From the NCBI GenBank assembly GCA_963769025.1, contig CAVYKI010000009.1, positions 960,001 through 1,024,000 of the forward strand: a DNA stretch of 64,000 bases, read 5' to 3'. Positions 59,201 to 64,000 of this stretch are shown here, piece by piece. How positions within the stretch are numbered: the stretch's first letter is position 1; each line of letters starts with the position of its first letter. Origin of the DNA: an uncultured Verrucomicrobiae bacterium (GTDB lineage: Bacteria > Verrucomicrobiota > Verrucomicrobiia > Chthoniobacterales > Chthoniobacteraceae). The notes beneath the pieces were generated by a model that saw only the letters and a program-made list of their open reading frames with translations, made no database searches and was not told the DNA's origin. The translations under genes and the position numbers were made by a program.

Positions 59201-59358
59201 CCGACGACGGCAGGAGGCGGGCTCTCAGCGGATGGCCACATTCTCCCCGAACAAGTCAGGGCGCGCTCGGCGAGCACGCTCCACCGGTAGGGCGCGACCG
59301 CACGGCGCGCCCAAACTCCACCGTCGAGATCAGCCCGCCTCCTGCCGTCGGCGGCTAC
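59197..59358. repeat. Nested REP cluster between convergent cysS and tpiA
   Basis: Outer 27-bp inverted arms GTAGCCG(A/C)CGACGGCAGGAGGCGGGCT (59197-59223, 59332-59358). Inner head-to-head REPs of the uvrA family (59259-59285, 59286-59312). Confidence 0.85.
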
Positions 59359-59368
59359 TGACGGGCGA

Positions 59369-60140
59369 TCACCGCGCCAGCTTCACCGTCGCGAGCACGA
59401 TCTCCGCGAAGCCGCGCGGGTCGAGGCTCGCGCCGCCGACGAGTGCGCCGTCGATGTCCGGTTGCGACATGAGTTCCGCGGTGTTCGCGGGCTTCACGCT
59501 GCCGCCGTACTGGATTCGCACCTTGTCCGCCGCCGCTGCGCTCCAGAGTTCCGTAAGTTTGCGGCGGATGAATGCGTGCGCGTCCTGCGCCTGCTGCGGC
59601 GTCGCGGTGCGTCCGGTGCCGATGGCCCAGACGGGCTCGTAGGCGATCACGGTTTCCTCAAGCTGATCCGCGCTGAGCCCCGCGAGGCTGCCGCGGATTT
59701 GCCTGTCGAGCACGGCCTCCACCTGGTTCCCGTCGCGCTCGGCGAGCGTCTCGCCGACGCAGACGATCGGCCGCAGCGTCGCGGCGTGCGCGGCGTGCGT
59801 CTTCTTGTTTACCGATCTCATCCGTCTCGCCGAAAATCGTCCGGCGCTCGCTGTGGCCCAGCACCACGTAGCGGACGAAAAGCTCGCGCAGCATCGCCGC
59901 GCTGATCTCGCCGGTGAATGCGCCCGATTTCTCCGCGCTCATGTTCTGCGCGCCGAGCTTCACATTCTGCACGTTGCGCAAAATTTCCCCCGCCTTCGCG
60001 AGCGCGGTGAACGGAGGCACGATGACGACGTCCGCCCGTTTCTCCGATCCGATTTCGATGAGGAACGATTTGAAGAACCCTTCCGTCTCTCCGACGGTCA
60101 TGTTCATCTTCCAGTTGGCCGCGATGATTTTTTTGCGCAT
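59369..60140 (-). CDS. tpiA: Triosephosphate isomerase (probable sequencing frameshift near 59815)
   Basis: [41 protein letters not shown]. Confidence 0.95.
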
Positions 60141-60161
60141 GGGATTTTGAAAATGGGCTGC

Positions 60162-61376
60162 CTACTTGTCATTGAGCGCGGCGACGCCGGGAAGCACTTT
60201 TCCCTCGAGGAGTTCGAGCGATGCCCCGCCGCCGGTGCTGATGAATGTGACCTTGTCCGCGACGCCTGCGCGCTTCACGGCCTTCACGCTGTCGCCGCCG
60301 CCGATGATTGTCTTCGCGCCGCGGTTCGCAGCGATGGCCTCGGCGATGTCGAAGGTCCCCTTTGCCGTCGCCTTGATTTCAAAGACGCCCATAGGGCCGT
60401 TCCAGATGACCGTCTTCGCCTTCGCAATTTCCGCGGCGAAGAGCTTCACGCTCTCGGGCCCGATGTCGAGGCCCTCCCAGCCGTCGGGGATGCTCTCGCC
60501 GGGCGGCACGACTTTCGTCTCGCCGATCGTCTTCGTGTCAAAATCGAACTTGTCCGACACCAGCGCGTCCACGGGGAGGAGCAGCTTCACGCCGCGCTCC
60601 TTCGCCTTTGCGATCGCGGCCTGCGCGATGGGCTCCCACTCGGGCTTGTAGAGGCTCTTCCCGATTCCGATCCCCTCGACGAGTTTGCGGAAAGTGTAGG
60701 CCATGCCGCCGCCGATGATGATCGTGTCGGCCTTTTCGAGCAGCCGGTTGATGACCGCAATCTTGTCGTTCACCTTCGCGCCGCCGAGGATCACCACGAA
60801 AGGCCGTTCGGGCGACTCCAACTCGTCGTGCAAATAGGTGATCTCCTTTTCCATGAGCAGTCCGCTCACGGCAGGCAGCAATGCCGCTACACCCGCCGTC
60901 GAGCTGTGCGCGCGGTGCGCCGAGCCGAATGCGTCGTTCACGAAGACATCCGCGAGTTCCGCCATCGCCTTTGCGAGCGCCGCGTCGTTCTTTTCCTCTC
61001 CGGCTTCGAAGCGCACATTCTCCAGCAAGGTCACGTCGCCATTCTTCATGTGCGCGATGATTTTCGCAGGCACTTCGCCGATGACGTCGTGGCTGAATGC
61101 GACAGGATGATTGATGAGCGAGTGCAGGTGATCCGCGATGGGGCGCAGGGATTCCTTTTCGCTGCGTTTGCCCTTGGGCCGGCCGAGATGCGAGCAAAGG
61201 ATGACCTTCGCACCTTTCCCGATGAGATGCCTGATGGTCGGCAGCGTCTCCTTGATGCGCGTGTCGTCGGTGATGACCATGTGCCCGTCCTTCTCGTCGA
61301 GCGGCACGTTGAAATCCACGCGCACGAGGCAGCGCTTCCCGGTTACTTCGATGTCACGAATGCTTTTCTTGGCCAT
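60162..61376 (-). CDS. pgk: Phosphoglycerate kinase
   Basis: RVDFNVP, SHLGRP, LLENVRF, NDAFGSAHRAH, GGAKV, WNGPMGVFE, GGGDS, STGGGASL. Confidence 0.97.
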   Translation of the reverse strand: MAKKSIRDIEVTGKRCLVRVDFNVPLDEKDGHMVITDDTRIKETLPTIRHLIGKGAKVILCSHLGRPKGKRSEKESLRPIADHLHSLINHPVAFSHDVIGEVPAKIIAHMKNGDVTLLENVRFEAGEEKNDAALAKAMAELADVFVNDAFGSAHRAHSSTAGVAALLPAVSGLLMEKEITYLHDELESPERPFVVILGGAKVNDKIAVINRLLEKADTIIIGGGMAYTFRKLVEGIGIGKSLYKPEWEPIAQAAIAKAKERGVKLLLPVDALVSDKFDFDTKTIGETKVVPPGESIPDGWEGLDIGPESVKLFAAEIAKAKTVIWNGPMGVFEIKATAKGTFDIAEAIAANRGAKTIIGGGDSVKAVKRAGVADKVTFISTGGGASLELLEGKVLPGVAALNDK

Positions 61377-61454
61377 AAATTTGAGCCGGCGATGAATCGC
61401 CACCGGAAGCGGAAAGACAAGCTCTTTGCTGGGAAAATCCGTAGCGGCGCTGAA

Positions 61455-61591
61455 GAATGAAACGCAGAGGCGCGGAGACGCAGAGGACGGAAAACGAGCT
61501 TCAACCAGCCACTCGCGCTCGACCCAGATCCGCCGAAAAATGCACCTTCATCCTTCTTCTCTCCGCGCCTCTGCGTCTCTGCGTTTCATTC
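61455..61591. repeat. Inverted repeat built from octamer units (ACGCAGAG/GCGCGGAG)
   Basis: 31-bp arms at 61455-61485 and 61561-61591 with 4 mismatches, in the divergent pgk/NHL intergenic region. Confidence 0.75.
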
Positions 61592-61631
61592 ATGCTTGGC
61601 CGGACGCCACGCGCCCGCTTTCCTGCGCATC

Positions 61632-62693
61632 ATGCGCATCCTTTTCTCCCTGCTCCTCATCGCATCCTCACTCACCGCCGCGGAAATCCGCACCGTCGCC
61701 GGCACCGGCATCGCGGGCTCCGCGGGCGACGGCGGCTCGGCCACCGCCGCTCAGATCGACAATCCCTTCGGCGTCATCCGCGGGCCGGACGGCAACATTT
61801 GGTTCTGCGAATACACCGGCCAGCGCGTGCGCAAAATTACGCCGGACGGAAAAATTCACATCGTCGCGGGCACGGGCGCGAAAGGCTACACCGGCGACGG
61901 AGGCCCTGCGCTGCACGCCACATTCAATCTCCCCCACGAGATCCGCTTCGACAAAAAGGGCGACCTTTTCATCGTGGACATGACGAACCACGCCGTGCGC
62001 CGCGTGGACATGAAGACCGGCATCATCACCACGTTCGCCGGCAGCGGCAAAGCCGGCTACTCCGGCGACGGCGGCCCGGCGAAGGACGCACAGTTCAAGC
62101 AGCCGCACAGCATCCAGTTCGACCCCGCGGGCGACCTCTACATCTGCGACATCGGCAACCACGTCATCCGCAAGGTGGACATGAAGACCGGCATCATCAC
62201 GACTTTTGCCGGCACCGGAAAAGCCGGCCCCACGCCCGATGGCTCGCCGATCGCCGGCACGCCACTGAACGGCCCGCGCTCGCTCGACTTCGACGCGGAA
62301 GGCAACCTCTGGCTCGCCACGCGCGAGGGGAACCAGGTCTTCAAATTCGACATCAAGGCCGGCAAGATCCTCCACGTCGCAGGCACGGGAAAGAAGGGTT
62401 TCACCGGCCACGGCGGCCCCGCGAAGGACGCCACGCTCTCCGGCCCGAAAGGAATCGCCGTCGCCCCGGACGGCAACGTCTGGCTCGCTGACTGCGAGAG
62501 CCACAGCATCCGCATGATCGACATGAAGACCGGCAAACTCGAACTCATCGCCGGCACAGGCGAAAAAGGCGACGGTCCCGACGGCGATCCGATGAAGTGC
62601 AAAATGGCCCGCCCGCACGGAATCTTCGTGGACAAGGACGGAAGCGTCTTCATCGGCGACAGCGAAGCGCACCGCGTGCGGGTGCTGAAGTAG
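61632..62693 (+). CDS. NHL-repeat beta-propeller exported protein
   Basis: Six repeats of AGTG..G..GDGG.A..A....P..+..D..G. Confidence 0.9.
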   Translation: MRILFSLLLIASSLTAAEIRTVAGTGIAGSAGDGGSATAAQIDNPFGVIRGPDGNIWFCEYTGQRVRKITPDGKIHIVAGTGAKGYTGDGGPALHATFNLPHEIRFDKKGDLFIVDMTNHAVRRVDMKTGIITTFAGSGKAGYSGDGGPAKDAQFKQPHSIQFDPAGDLYICDIGNHVIRKVDMKTGIITTFAGTGKAGPTPDGSPIAGTPLNGPRSLDFDAEGNLWLATREGNQVFKFDIKAGKILHVAGTGKKGFTGHGGPAKDATLSGPKGIAVAPDGNVWLADCESHSIRMIDMKTGKLELIAGTGEKGDGPDGDPMKCKMARPHGIFVDKDGSVFIGDSEAHRVRVLK

Positions 62694-62696
62694 CGG

Positions 62697-63671
62697 TCAG
62701 TTCCCTTCCGCCGTGCGCTTGATGTGATTCAGCACGCGCTCGTGGATTCGGTGGATCATGTAGTCGGAAATCGGACCCCAATACCACTGAGGCGCCAGCG
62801 TGTGCGCGTACCAAGTCGTACCTTCCAGCACCACGGCTCCACCTTCCTGCACGAGGCGGAACTGCCCGCGTTTTGAAACCATGTGGCCGTGGAGATGCGG
62901 GGCATTCACCTGTTCGTAGGGCGAAAGCTCCTTCATCGGCGGTGGCGACGAGCTCACATCGAAGGCGAGCAGGCCGGGCGACTCCCATCGCGTAATCGGT
63001 TCGACGAAGCTCCCTGTGGAAAAAACGCAGTGCCGGACGGCACCGACGCCGGCGCCTTCAATCCGCGCCTCGATGGGATATGCAATGCCGAGGCAGAAAA
63101 TGCCCGACGGCGGCTCTGAAATCTTCGGGAACGCAATAACGGTATCCCACACGCGGCTGATCGGCGCATGCACGAGGACGCTCGTCGTCACACTGCGAAC
63201 AGACGGAGCCGACCGCGATGTATAGTCAAACGCGACGAACGCCGGGAACAGCAGGACGATCAGCAACGGCAGTGCGGACCGCACCCCTTTCCCGCACGCG
63301 CGGCCAGCCACCCGGCCGAGCGCGGCAGCGACAATCGCGAAGCACCATGCCAATGGCAGCGCCATGAGCAGACAGATGAGGCCATCCATCGCGAACAACA
63401 TGATGACGGCACCCAGCACGAGCACGCCGGCCGTCGCGGATCCATAGACCGCTGACTGCGAGACATCGCGACGAAACGATCGGAGAAACGCCGACAGGAA
63501 ACCCACCTCGACCGGCACGCCAAGGAAAAGGCTCCAACCGTAAAACTGCAGATTTTGGACGCACAACGCAGTGAGCCCAAATCCGATCAACGCCGGAGCC
63601 AGCGTCGCAAACCAGAAGCTGTTGATGGTCTTCAACAATGCGCTGCTAGCCGGTGCGCTCTCATGGAGCAA
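62697..63671 (-). CDS. Membrane protein with C-terminal SRPBCC domain
   Basis: About 5 TM segments (DGLICLLMALP), then GIAYP, GVGAVRHCVFSTG.FVEPI..W, IH.RVL.HIK. Confidence 0.8.
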   Translation of the reverse strand: MLHESAPASSALLKTINSFWFATLAPALIGFGLTALCVQNLQFYGWSLFLGVPVEVGFLSAFLRSFRRDVSQSAVYGSATAGVLVLGAVIMLFAMDGLICLLMALPLAWCFAIVAAALGRVAGRACGKGVRSALPLLIVLLFPAFVAFDYTSRSAPSVRSVTTSVLVHAPISRVWDTVIAFPKISEPPSGIFCLGIAYPIEARIEGAGVGAVRHCVFSTGSFVEPITRWESPGLLAFDVSSSPPPMKELSPYEQVNAPHLHGHMVSKRGQFRLVQEGGAVVLEGTTWYAHTLAPQWYWGPISDYMIHRIHERVLNHIKRTAEGN

Positions 63672-63693
63672 GGTATGAGCCCGAGTGAGGCCA

Positions 63694-64000
63694 CTACCTC
63701 ACCCCCGTCACCACCGGCTGCGTCCACGCCTGCTCCATTTCATCCGGCGAGAGGACGCCTTCCTTGCGCTTCGAGGAGACGATGCGGGCGCGGACGTAGA
63801 GTTCGTCGCCCTTGAATGCGTAGCCCGCGGTCGTGCCGTCGGCGGTGGCGAGGATGCGGCCCACGTCCTTGCTGTAGCGGCGCGTGGTGCGGAGGGTTTC
63901 GCCTTTTTCGCCGAGCACGGGCTCGCTCGCGGTGTCCCAGCCTTTGCGCGTGCCGATGAATTCCGTCCGGAACGTCACGCCCGGCTGCGGCTCGATCTCG
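63694..64000 (-). CDS. C-terminal fragment of a probable PHP-family metallohydrolase (5' end outside the window)
   Basis: FIGT, GDELYVRARIVSS, AWTQP tail. The catalytic domain is not visible, so the family call is tentative. Confidence 0.55.
   Translation of the reverse strand, partial: EIEPQPGVTFRTEFIGTRKGWDTASEPVLGEKGETLRTTRRYSKDVGRILATADGTTAGYAFKGDELYVRARIVSSKRKEGVLSPDEMEQAWTQPVVTGVR

Noticed and set aside
57793..60140. Frameshifts in cysS and tpiA (also uvrA, the 40757 sigma and others) as pseudogenes or programmed frameshifting
   Set aside because: Essential genes with intact motifs on both sides of scattered single-base indels and no common slippery site are best explained by sequencing error.

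Overview
GC-rich bacterial chromosomal window, most likely Verrucomicrobia (PVC superphylum). This is inferred from DUF1501/PSD1 and DUF1552/DUF1592 modules, a Verrucomicrobium/Rhodopirellula-type ECF-FecR pair, a double-length UvrA and GTAG-type REP repeats. Housekeeping genes (pepA, serA, uvrA, HU, tRNA-Pro(GGG), glgC, can, cysS, tpiA, pgk) alternate with accessory blocks. These include four 'exported CxxCH protein + twin-arginine partner' pairs, an ECF/FecR-LamG/di-heme cassette and a light/oxidative-stress islet at about 36.8-44.7 kb. Single-base indels break many genes, including essential cysS and tpiA, so most frameshifts are probably sequencing errors. The most notable observations are: (1) a small soluble protein joining an RskA-like anti-sigma domain to a cysteine-less LOV-like PAS domain, convergent with a SigK-like ECF sigma factor and divergent from an Fe-S (6-4) photolyase, which is a candidate light/redox-sensing sigma switch; (2) two copies of one REP-doublet element, plus a heptamer-repeat hairpin, inside the uvrA coding sequence and translated, with free copies of the same REP between cysS and tpiA; (3) decay of the stress islet, seen as a photolyase::fasciclin deletion junction and a dps pseudogene. 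All family assignments come from motif recognition by eye, not database searches.
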